From Wallemia ichthyophaga EXF-994 (taxonomy: Eukaryota; Fungi; Basidiomycota), in assembly GCF_000400465.1 (NCBI RefSeq), contig NW_008806276.1:20001-144000 (forward strand): 124,000 bases of DNA, in the 5' to 3' direction. The position numbers were made by a program, and so were the translations under genes. Shown here piece by piece: positions 62,942-74,559 of the stretch. The notes under the pieces are model-generated. The model ran no database searches and was not told the DNA's origin. It saw only the letters and a program-made list of their open reading frames with translations. Each line of letters opens with the position of its first letter. The stretch's first letter is position 1.

Positions 62942-63292
62942 GCTTCGATTGTTTGTTAAGCTTATTGTACACTGTGTTCATGAATGATTCTATCATTGAA
63001 CAAAGATATTAATTTTGAGTATTCAGCAAGGTGCTTTGTTCTTTACCCCGATAGGGCCTCTCGCTTATCAAGCTATTCCAAAAATAAAATCTTACTTATC
63101 CCAGCTGAGTTTGAACCCTTCAAGTTTGTCTCCTTTGTTCCACACTCTCACTACCGTAATTGATCCCTAAATCCGTCTTATCCACCTTATTTAACACAAG
63201 ATACTTGACATGGACAAGCGAGATATCTAAGCGACCGTGACTATCTACCTATACAGTAATTCAAGACCACATCTAGCTCAAATAACATCGGG

Positions 63293-64483
63293 ATGAAGTT
63301 GGAATTAGTCGCGATAGCTGCAATTATTCAGTTTGTCTTAGCGAAAGAGCCCTGGGATGACTTTAAGCATATCAAGGCATCGTTATTTGCTAATATAGTC
63401 ACTTTTCACATTAAGAACACCATCATTGCTTGACGGACAAAAGTCAGAATTTTGATATTGCTGTTAATGGTATACCTTTTGATACAAGCGTGTCATACTG
63501 AACAGGGGCCAGATTCGGACCGAATAGTGAGCCAATTCCCAAGCTCGAATATATTGCTGATTTGCTTAGGCATTAGTCAGGGATCACGTCACCAAGACCC
63601 AGCAAATGCATGGTCGCACTTCTGGGAGGCCAACCCTTACGCGAAAGGGGTCAAAATTTTAGACTGTGGGGATATTCCAGTGATTACAGTAGACAACCAG
63701 ATGTCATAAAAAAGCACCGAAGCTGCGCACGACAATCTTCTCAATCGACCAACTGCAAGTAAGCATCTAAAGCATCCAATGCTACTCACATTTGGAGGTG
63801 ACCACTCAATTGAGTTGCCAATTCTGCGTACTCTAAAAAAGGCGCGTAATCCGCGCTATTCATCGAAGTACATTTCCCGACACTCATCTCTAGGTACACG
63901 GTCCTATATCGCTTATTCAGATCGACTCTCATATCGATACATGGTCTTCAGGCAAAAAGTATGGGTTCAGTGATAAGCACGACACAGCACCTGTCTCTCA
64001 TGGCAACATGCTTTGGCATGCGTCGGAGGAAAATTTGCTTACCTCGAGATCGATCCAAGCTGGAATAAGGACGCGTTTTACAAAAGAAAGGGATATTACA
64101 GATAATAAAGAGTTTGGTATAAAAATGATCACGATCGATGCTATAGATGAAATCGGTGCAAAGGGAATTGCAGATCAAATTAGAAAAAGGGTCGGCAATA
64201 CGGCAGCCTATTTGACAATTGATATAGACTCAGTTGATCCTGCCTTTGCCGGCGCCACTGGAACACCCGAGCCTGGTGGGCTTACCACGCGCGAAGCCAA
64301 GACTATTTTAAGGAATCTGAAGGGTTTAAATTTTGTTGGGGCAGATATAGTCGAAGTTATTCACCATATGACGCTGGAAGTGAGCTAAGACAGATGGTCG
64401 CGGCTGATGTGGCACATGAAATTCTTCAATTACTGACTACGTCACCAATTATGGAATCCAGCGTAATTCACGATGAGTTGTGA
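63293..64483 (+). pseudogene. Agmatinase pseudogene, copy 2
   Basis: Same lesions as 50011-51201. Confidence 0.85.
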
Positions 64484-64980
64484 ATGCATTTAAATAAGCT
64501 TTCACTAATGATTTACGCTTCTAAAGGTCTCTTTTCGTATTTATTACATCACATAGCTAAGAAATGCACATCGATGCCCATATTTTGCCACTTATACGAC
64601 TTCCTACGAGCTTGTATGTCAAAAACAAGCAATCTAAATGCTGCTAAATTCAACACTTTCTATTCTCCATTTATTCAATGTCATATATGGAACTATCACC
64701 AGGAACTCACCAGGAATTCACCGATTAGGAAGGAAGATAAAGATATCTAGGCACTTCATTATCAAACCTACATGCAAGAATACTATCGCTTAATTTCCGT
64801 CGCTTAATTGACCTTCACATGATTTATTGACCAGAACATACAGTTGATAAGATGTCTGATAAGGCGTCGATAAGGATGAGGATAAGTAGGGTCGTTTTTT
64901 CAATAACTCTTCTTTCACCAATGAATAAAGAAGAAAAAAGGAGCCTTCCATAAACTCAGCGTGTTTTTTTTTTTTTAACA

Positions 64981-65533
64981 ATGCCGAGCCGGAGTCTTCA
65001 ACAAAAAGGGGCTCTCATACCAGCCGAAATCTGAATAGACGTCATATCCAAATTTACGGAATAGGTGGTGTGAGTTGAAAGAGAAAGGAAAGGATTGATT
65101 GCTGATCTAAAAAGGTTATTGGGACGGCGGTGATTGTCACACTAGGAGAACAGAACACAGAAGCAGGTGTGTTTGTCTCGCGTAAAAATAAAACCACTCA
65201 AAACTCACAGGACCGCTATTCTTGTTGCTGGCTTATACCTTCTGGAGCTGCATAATCTACATCGTGAATTAATGTGTAGCAGTGCCCACTTGTCGTCTAC
65301 CAGTAGAGAATGATGCATTTGTGGATTTCGCTGGTAATTATATATCACCAGCGTTTGGTGTGTCTATTGGGTACAATTACTTTTTGTGCATGGTGAGAGC
65401 TATTGATTGAAGTGTAATCACGTAACAACATCTTCAGATAGGTCTTCTCTGCTTTGAAATTACAAACTTCGGAAACGCTATCAACTACTGGACCACAGAG
65501 CCATTACACCCGGCTATAATGGTATCTGCGAGT
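64981..65533 (+). pseudogene. 5' fragment of the amino-acid permease, truncated by a duplication junction
   Basis: Identical to 51699-52251, then switches to Css2-like sequence. Confidence 0.8.
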
Positions 65534-66112
65534 GAACTGGAATCTTGCAATCCCTTCAATATCTAGCTTACCTTCGAAAAATAACTGACTACCTCCGCAA
65601 GGACTTTTGCTCAAATCAATAGTCTTATCTGAGTGATCATTAAGTACGGCGTATCCATGCCAACTATCGTCAAACTTTTGCTTTATACATTTAGTAGACC
65701 CCCTCGGTTTCTCGTTTGTTAACTTGTGGTTCATCGCACTTGATATCTTTTCCAAATGTGGATACTTGGTACATGAATTTTCCACGTAGAATTTGTAAGT
65801 GTTGTCTGATATTGCCGTTTCAATCACATTACATCTATATGTATACCAATCATAGATGGCAATGCCACTGTCATACGCAGCTCTCAGACCAAATGACAAG
65901 ATTCCGATAGAGAACCAGATTGGAACCTGATGCGTTGGAGAGCTATTGACAGGCAAATATTTAGGAAAAACCACGCGCATACTTTGAGATATAGAGTAAA
66001 AAATAGAAACATTTTCGAATGTCAAGCATTCATTATGAATGAAGTAGTTAGTGATAAGCTTGAGAAATAATGCTGCGCAATTGATGGCTATGACTTTGTG
66101 AATCGTTACCAT
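65504..66112 (-). CDS. Css2/killer-toxin-like secreted protein, copy 3 (chimeric tail)
   Basis: Copy-2-type allele with FHV->FYV. The last residues TRRYHYSRV are read from the antisense strand of the truncated permease. Confidence 0.5.
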   Translation of the reverse strand: MVTIHKVIAINCAALFLKLITNYFIHNECLTFENVSIFYSISQSMRVVFPKYLPVNSSPTHQVPIWFSIGILSFGLRAAYDSGIAIYDWYTYRCNVIETAISDNTYKFYVENSCTKYPHLEKISSAMNHKLTNEKPRGSTKCIKQKFDDSWHGYAVLNDHSDKTIDLSKSPCGGSQLFFEGKLDIEGIARFQFTRRYHYSRV

Positions 66113-67255
66113 ATGATGAGAGTTGAGAGGATAGGACGCGACAGTGGATAGGCTGCTCGAAAGATTTCAATAATGATAACATTTCGTCTTTGACATTAAT
66201 TCTGATTACTTACTGAACACCCACTTCCAACTCCCAAACCTCTAGATGAGACGCTTCAATTTTAAACTTAGAATTCCATAAACCGTAATTGTTTATTCAA
66301 TTTACTTGAAGCTCCTCCGGCTGAAACTTTGTGTCATTTTGTCTACGACAACAGGAAACGCCCAATATTGAGACAATGACGCATTAAAGTACACGCCTTT
66401 TTATTTGTTTACAAGCTTCAGCCGAATCACTTGGCAGTTTCATTAAATGACGAGATGTGATGATAGAAGTGAGAAACATCAGCCCAGCTGGCTTTATAAG
66501 AAGCGCTATATCTTTCTTTCTTCTTCACAACTAAGAAAATTGAAATGTACTTCAACAACGTCAAAGCTCTCGCCGTTCTCGCCTTTACTAGCGCCATCGT
66601 ATTAGTAGCCGCTGCACCTAACCCAGCTGGCAACATCTCGTATCGCGGAGATGTAGGAGATGTCGGTCACAAGAATGAAAACTCTGAAAAGGGTGTGGAT
66701 GCCAAGAACAACGATAATTACGACAAATACGATAAGCAAGACAAGGAATCTCACGAAGAGGCGCTCAAGAAGCACAGCAAAGAGGTCGAAAAGCAGAAAA
66801 TGCTGACGAAAGAAGCTGCCGAAAAGAACAAAGCAAATGACAAGGTTGGTAATGACGAAGCTTGCTGAAAATTGGCTTACACAGTAATAGAACCAGAAGA
66901 CAGACGAGTACTGGAAGGGTGAGAAGAAAGATGACAACACGTACGACAACAAGTCTGGTAATAAGAAGCAAGACAATCAGTACGACACCAGTAAGAAACA
67001 AGATTCTGGCAAGCACGATACCGACATGAAACAAGAGCACTACAACGACAAAAAGCAAGACAATCACTACGACACCAGTAAGAAACAAGATTCTGGCAAG
67101 CACGATACCGACATGAAACAAGAACACGACAACGACAAGAAGCAAGACAATCACTACGATACCGACAAGAAAGACTAAGCTTCGATTGTTTGTTAAGCTT
67201 ATTGTACACTGTGTTCATACATGATTCTATCATTGAACAAAGATATTAATTTTAG
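65534..67255. repeat. Third partial copy (Css2-like gene plus repeat-protein gene only)
   Basis: Matches 60514 onward (offset 5020) with a few SNPs and a shorter VNTR. Similarity ends ~67255. Confidence 0.92.
66545..67178 (+). CDS. Secreted K/D/H/Y-rich repeat protein, copy 3 (1 full unit)
   Basis: Same two-exon structure, one MKQEHY unit plus the terminal unit. Confidence 0.83.
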
Positions 67256-68314
67256 TATCGATAAGAACCTGCTTATCAAATAAATCTTCACATTTCCGAT
67301 GTATGAACCTCCCACCTGCGCAGTGATATCTGAGTTATCTATTCTCTAGGATGATTTGGGTGGCAGGTTTGAAGCTATTGAGTATTGCGCTAAGTCTGAG
67401 ATCAGTTTTACCATTCTGAAGCATTTGTTTGTCTGACAATCGGTGTTGATAAATCCTCGTTCATGTGAATCTCAATCCTGCGAATTAAAATCCATGCCAG
67501 TCAATGGAACGAAGGGAGCTCAGCCAACAGCTTTCTGTACACCACAAGCTGTACTTTATTATTGCAATTCCGACAGCGGGGCATTTCACCATCAACGCGC
67601 GTCTTATTATCGTTAAGCCTAACTATCACAGTCATTCTATCCAGACTCAGCTCATCAATATCACCCTTCACGAATTGGTCATGGATTAGCCCAATGAAGA
67701 ATTCTATCTCAGATATATGGCACCGATAGTGTAAAAACGGTAAAAAAATAGTCAAAAGCGAATGTTGCGCTAATGTGTATCGAAAAAGTTGCAACATTGT
67801 ATCGCATGTTATAAATCACAATCACGTTTGAGATTGTGTCAAGTGATGCCACTTTAATAGCATCAAGAATTATACATGGAAATTATGTTGGTAGAATGAA
67901 GTACAAAACGAGAATGCTCTACTTATTTTACTTAAATTTGGAAAATTTAAAATCCGAAACACTGAGACGAGGCAACCAATTTCCGAAATGGTAATCGCCG
68001 AAGGAAGACGAATAAGGAAATGAGCGATTCAATGAGCGGCGGAAGTCCTTCTTTAGCTCCACCATCAAGCTCATGCTCAAAGACAACAAGTGCAAGGTTG
68101 AGCAGGAAAGGGAGAGTCCGCCGCCATACTGCAGTATCTCAGAGTACAAACATATGCTGAGGGTGAAAGCGGAGATGATCAGTCCTGTGAAGCTTGTGGA
68201 CAAAATTCCGACTAATATGAAGTACGTAGTGTACATCTATGGCAATGAGGCTAATGAGGCTTGCTAGTAGTACATGTAATGCGAATATATAATACAACGC
68301 CATCTATAATCAAT

Positions 68315-69668
68315 CTACTCCGGCTCGTTACCGGGAGAGAGATACTGCAGCTCTAATCCAATGCTCTGAACGGGTTTGTGAGGGTTGCTGAGGTCGGCGA
68401 CGAGACCGAGGGAAATGAGGAGGGACTTGAGTCTCCCTGCGTATTGAAGTGCTACTGACTGCAAAGGGAAATTAGTTAGTGTGTCTCAAAACACCCCCTG
68501 ACTCACCTTCTCTGTCGTGATTCTAGCTTTCACGTAGCCCTGAATGGGGTCTTTCTCGTCTATGGCTGTAGAAGCCGACAGAGGGATAGAGTTAACTGCA
68601 TTAGGTTTGAGTTTGAGTTCCTGCGAGTTCTCATCCCAATAAGTGTCATCGTCATTCCTCTCCTGCTCCCTCTCGCCCTCTTCGCTGCGGTGGATGGCCC
68701 ACTCAGCGCCAAGCGTGGTGACGCTCTCGTACGAAAATAGATTGAACTCAAACCGCGATGCCAGTGACAGACCACGCGCCACGGTCGCCGCGTATGTCCC
68801 GCTGAGGTATCCGGTGATGGGGCTGAGGAGTGCAACGAGGACGGTCGGCGGAGAGTGAGTGTCGGGGAGTGTCTGGAAGCGGAGACCTGTTGATACTGCG
68901 AGAGTGTGAGTGGGGTGTACCGTTTTTTAAAAAAAGCTACCCACCACCTGCTGACTTTTCGAGTGCGGATGCGTAGATTTCACCGCCGAGACTGAAATGT
69001 CCTTTGAGACCACCGGAACCATCGTCGTCAGGTTCTTCGTCTATGCGTGCTGTGTGTGGGGTGGATGGGGAGTGGGAGCTTTCGACACCCTTATCAATCA
69101 GACCAAAGTGAAAGAGAGAAGACGCGGATGCCATCCCGTCAGCCACTGAATAGGCCAATTCACTGGCATACTCCCCTTTGTCCTTTTGGTAGGTGATGTA
69201 CATTTCACTTGGCTCGTCGCGGGTTGGCGGGCGGGGATGGGATATGCTGGATACGAGGAGCTGCGAGTGGGGGCTGAGTCTGCGTGTATAGAGGGAATGT
69301 AAGCGTGAGGATGGGAGGTGTAGCTGGCCGTAGAGAAGGTAATGGTTGTGTGTGCTGGTCGGTACCTTTGGGAGGGCAGAAATGTTGAAGTTGTGGACAA
69401 GTGAGTGCAGCGTTGGTTTCTGGCGGGGCAAATCGGTTGAGCTGGCTAGATACGCAAGTGAGCCAGTGAGCGATGGCAGTATAGACAAGCTGCAGCTGCT
69501 AGCGAATGATTGCGTTGGGCATGAGGAGAGTGAGATTGAAAGTGCAGATGGCGGCGCAAAATCGAGAATGGCTGCAGATGCCCTATTTAGATTTGAATAT
69601 TGAGCATCTGGATTCCAATCTGTAGCCATGAAATAGCTGCGTAGAATATATTCAGCGTAATTGATCAT
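68315..69668 (-). CDS. MDM10: Mitochondrial outer-membrane beta-barrel Mdm10
   Basis: MINYAEYILRSYFMATDWN..YSNLNRASAAILDF, YLLYGQLHLPSSRL, GGEIYAS..SAGVSTGLRF, LASRFEFNLFSYES, IGLELQY. Confidence 0.9.
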
Positions 69669-69692
69669 GACTGTTGTTAAGAAGAACAATCA

Positions 69693-71714
69693 TGAGATGC
69701 CCAATCTGCAGAACGCGGAGATGGACAAAGGATCCTTCGTCTGGGCATGTAATGTGCGTTGAGGGACACATACATGAGGTTATTATGGCGCATCTCTCCA
69801 ACTCCAATCACTTACGTCTCTCAGGGCTTCCGCAACGAGACGCAGGAAGATGGCGCGATAAGGCATCAAGCACAGCAGCGATACATAAAAAAAGGCAGAC
69901 AAGTGCGCAAGAAAGTACTCAAAAGCCATGCTTGTCAGTGCGTACACTAGACTATCCACCTTATCTAATCCCGCTGCAGGGTACTCTGGCGACAAGCTTC
70001 GATTTCTGCATCTTCAAGCCCAGCAGTTGATTCTACGCAGGCAAGTGGAATGTTTGATTGCTATCTGGGGGCTACCCAACGAGTTTGAGGTACGCTGGGT
70101 TGTAAATACCACGCAAACCACGCAAACCACTCACATTCTCTAGATCGTCATACGCGACCTCTGGGCTCTCAGAGTATCCCTCCTCAAAGACCTCGTAGCC
70201 GCTCCTATTGAAATGGCACGCAGGCGGAGCACGCACGAACAAACCGACGACGAGGACGATAAGGAGGACGATAAGGAGGATAGTAAAGAGGACACGAAAC
70301 ACGACGATAAAGAAGAACCCAGCGATAACTCCGATGACGCACTCGAAGACCCCGATGAAATGCTCGGCAATCTCGAAACCCCACCTTCAGACGAAGACAT
70401 GAACCAGCCTCAGACTATGGAGGAGGCACTCGAAGCAGCTAACCGGGTAAAAACGACACGCCGTGTACAAAGTGCAGTGGATGAATTCAGCATGATATGG
70501 CTATTAGCCGTGCTGAATTTGGGATTCTGGACACTCCGCTTGCCCGTCTTCCACCTCGACTTTAAGGCAGCCTTGCAAGACCGGCGTGTGCCATACATGG
70601 ATGCTCTTGCATACCTCCCTGAACCCATCAAAGCGCGTCTCAACCCGAGCTCACGCACGTCTTTCCAAGCAGAGGTGAGCGTTGCCTGGATTTTTAGGTA
70701 GCTCGAAAAAAACACTCACACGCTCTAGACCCTTCCATCTCTGCGCAAAGTACACCGCGCATCTATCTACCTCGCCAGACAGATGCGGGAGCGATACGCG
70801 GTGACGTTCAGTGACTACAACGTGACACCAGTTTTATGGCGCTGCGTACATGATCTTGGTTTGCCACCGACTATGCACACGCTTTGCATGGAGATGGTGC
70901 AGCGCATCGGCATCAGCTTCTCTCTCCTCCCCCACCACCGCATGGGCAAGCGCAGCAAACACAGGAAGGGCGAAGCTTGCGCTCCTGAAATTATTGCTAT
71001 GGCTGTTGTTGTCTCCGTGTGCACCCTCGTGTATAACTTAGACAACGAGGTGACTGACCAGCCCCGAATAAGGAGCCTTCTCGACAAGAACAAGTGGATT
71101 ATGTCGCTAGATAAACACTTCAAACTTTCGGATAGTATCTTGAATGACCAGGTGTAAGTGGGAGTGGGAGTTTAGACAGTCAGTTCATTCATTCTCACAA
71201 ACACCCCACAGGCAAATCATAGACGCTACAGACGAACAGGTAGACGATTTTCTCGATTACATGGAACGGACTGTCCCAGTGGCAGACGAGGACACAATTA
71301 GAAGTGAGTAATGCAGCACACACAGTGCGATTCAAAACCTAACAAACCGCAGCCTGGCCACCGCTAGCCGACGAACTTAGACGCACGGGCGACCCTCACC
71401 GCATACCTGCCGTTAAACAAGACAGTAATTGGTTTCACAGCCTCTACGAAGATCGCATCCCTCTCGACGCATACCCAGCCCAGCCTGAGGCCAACCTGGT
71501 CCGCTCCTACCATACCTCTGATAGAATGGGCGACTATCCCATCCTTTACGACAGACTACTCAAGGCATCCGCTAAGGCCATAGGGGTATCCCATCCAGAG
71601 GAAATTGCTCACACTGTCGAAATGTTTCACAAAAGACTAGGGCTAGCCAGCAAGCAAACCAGTTCGAGGAGAACTAGCGTTGCGTCAGAAGGAGGGATTA
71701 ACATGTACTTTTAA
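69693..71714 (+). CDS. RRN7: RNA polymerase I core factor subunit Rrn7/TAF1B
   Basis: N-terminal zinc ribbon CPIC..W..GHVMCVEGH, FLHLQAQQLILRRQVECLI..GLPNEFE, VRDLWAL, LNLGFWTLRLPV, MGDYPILY. Multi-exon. Confidence 0.82.
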
Positions 71715-73586
71715 ACCTACTATTAGGGTGTGTAGTAAGAGTGTAAGATACAAGAAATTGATATTAGACTGTTCAAAAAGAAACAAGACATTGACTGCCG
71801 CAATTGACATATCTCAAAATCTAGTGAGCGTGCTCGACGGTATAAAATGCGCGTTTTCTTTTAGCAGATTCAAGCAATTGGTACTTTTACATGGCCCAAG
71901 CTATCACTATCGCACGTGTACATGTCAGCATGAAACTTTTAGCTGTACAAGACAATAGAACGTCTAGATATTACCACCTATAGTTATTCATTTTAAGCCT
72001 CAAAGGCAACCTGCTAATGACAAAGTGAGTGAGAAGCGATGTATGTCATATACTGATAATTTGAACAATCTAACAAGACCATCAGATTCAAAGCACCTTC
72101 AGCATTCCAAACTTATCTGCAACTTAACCTTCCGATCCATGTACGCCGAGTTGAGTTTCTCCCCTACCACCCACCTCATCTCAAGTGTCTGATTTTCGAC
72201 TTGTGATAATCTCCAAATAAAAAAGCTTGATAAATAGCCCTGAATGAGCTTGACAAATTTCGCCAGATTTATATCCCTGAGGCTCAAACTCATCTCTGTA
72301 GGCTATTCGGAAGCTAACCTAAGTAGACGCCGCTCTGTCTTTTCAAAGCCTTTGTCGATTTTGTCTTCCAGGGCCTGCGCTCGTTTGAGTGATGATTACT
72401 TCAATGTATTTTCATAATCCTCGTTGTTAAAATTATCAATTTCTAGCGCGAGCTTGCTAAGGAGGTTTTCCGTATCTGCCGAACGCCTAAGCTAATTATT
72501 GCTCTACTTGATACCTTTAATTTGTTTGGTTTATTGCACATATTCCAGTATTTCTGCTAGTCAAATGTATCCTTGATAGTCAAGGAAATGGTTGGGTGTC
72601 TCAAATAAGACTGTGTAAATGCATTCAGTGGTTCAACGACCTAATCACACTCAATGATTGAGAGAAAGCGTGAAGCTCTATGCATAAGTGATTATTAGTC
72701 AAGTCTAAATGTATACTCGATAAGCTAAACATTCCATTGAGACACTCTGGCTAATCACCGTGGTATGGATTTATGTTGTAAAACTCATAGAATGTGAAAG
72801 TTTTGAGTCATTTGCGCGACTAAAATGTATCTTATGTGAAAACTTTCCCAATCCACTCACCACGTCCGGCCAGTGCTGGTGTATTCTTTTCCCAAGCTTT
72901 ACAATGTATATGAAATAAAACTTGTTTAGTTGGGGCTCAAAGATACACTCCAACTTTTTACTCCTTTTTTCGCCGATAAAAACACGCGGCGTCTACAAGG
73001 GTGTAAGCGTGATATATGCTGTATACAACCGACATTAATTAGGCGTAGAGGATTAATTTACGTGCAAGCTATTTTTGTGCTATGTGTTATTTGCTATGTG
73101 TGCCGGTTGTGTTGTGTGTTAGTACGTCTTTCGCGACATGCAGCGCGCCTCCATTGTCCAGCACAGGCGGATGTAGATTGTGATCAGGCACCTTATGCAA
73201 TACAAAATAGACCTTGATCATGGCAGGGATGCTTTTGAAGGTGCTTCGAGGAGAAGGACACGTATACTCACGCTATACAACAATATTGGCCATTTTCGAT
73301 CTGGAAATGATTTACTTTGCTTTTGCGAGATAGTGAAAATAAGGGGATAATCCGGCTATCATATAGTGCTTGAAGGTATGTATTAATCTTGATATTAAAC
73401 CCGTATCTATCAATACTGTTTGTGCACCAAGCTAAGCTTATACCAGCAGCTGAGGGGCAATGACGCCCAGCAACATACCAAAAGAAACTAAAAGCTTCAA
73501 TAATAATGCATAGAAGTACAAATAAAGTCATGGCTAAGTGTTCTAGATTAGGCGAGGTAGAACGAGTACAGAGCCAACATCCCCGC

Positions 73587-74036
73587 TTAGATGATAGACA
73601 ATGGAGTGCAGCCTGTGACAAGTTAGAAGGGAAAAGAGTGAAAATTCTCCACTCACCAACACCAACGAGGCCGTCTGATTCCATGTCCTCGCAACAAACT
73701 GGAGTGTTCTTGCACTCGTCTGCAGTGTGTTAGATTTGAGAAGGTGATGAAACCTTTACGAACCCTCTATTGCTACGCCGATCAAAAGAGGGACTTGATC
73801 ACATTGAACACCAACTTGAGATGCAATGTCGCCAGTTGAGATGAGGGCGTCGTTCTTGCCGGTGCTGGATTGAGCCTTCTTGTTAAGGTCACCTTAGCAG
73901 TGTGAGACGGTGTCAATCTACACGTCTCATACTTACAACAACTGATAGTGCCAGTGTTACATGAGCCGGTCTTGGATTCCCAGCCAGCAGAGGCGGCAGC
74001 GATGAGACCAACGGTGAAGACTGTTTGAGCGATCAT
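73587..74036 (-). CDS. Class I hydrophobin, acidic (105 aa, 4 exons)
   Basis: Spliced MIAQTVFTVGLIAAASAGWESKTGSCNTGTISCCDL..VQCDQV..DECKNTPVCCEDMESDGLVGVGCTPLSII with the 8-Cys C-CC-C-C-CC-C pattern. Confidence 0.92.
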
Positions 74037-74559
74037 TGTGTGAGATGGGAATTTGGAGATGGGGTTGTAGAGAGATTGTGTAGTGCAGCTCTTTATAGCA
74101 GAAGCATTCCTGCACTAAAGTTGTACATACACTAGCGCACTAACGGAAATGTACGCACTAATTTACGTTCGGAATGGAGTTGTGATCTTATGCGAGATGA
74201 GCTTGGAATGTCAGAGATATTGTGTAGTGAAAGTATTGTTTATTTTGTTAAATTTGCACTGGCAACGAAAGCAAGACATCGCTTGTCTTTTTCCCTGCGG
74301 TACTCCCACCTTTCTTGGAACTCGGCTCAATATGCAGTCTAGTGGAAAAAGTACAACGTAAATCTATATGCATGACTAGTGGTATATTTGCGTGCGACGA
74401 GTGAAGGTGTGCGCTTGCGTCCGGCAAGGCACGAGGCGAGGTGAGGCAAATGACATACGACAAACGAGTTGGCGAGAAACCGAGCAGCCAAGCGCTGAAA
74501 AGCATTAAAAACCCTCCTAGACTTTATCTTCCAAGGCACTCTTCTCCTAATACATCCCG

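Larger units (their letters stand above)
58584..65533. repeat. Segmental duplication, copy 2
   Basis: Matches 46000-52251 plus 8 extra 87-bp units. Ends abruptly inside the permease at GGTATCTGCGAGT. Confidence 0.95.

Noticed and set aside
46000-67255. Duplicated block as a transposon or LTR element
   Set aside because: No transposase, RT or integrase ORF, and no terminal repeats or TSD seen.
67501-68267. Short ORFs between the island and MDM10
   Set aside because: No motif or consistent exon model.
23550-69668. MMM1 and MDM10 as an ERMES gene cluster
   Set aside because: They are 45 kb apart with many unrelated genes between them; likely chance in a small genome.
71750-73560. Short ORFs around the hydrophobin
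   Set aside because: Alternative starts, no motifs, AT-rich non-coding character.
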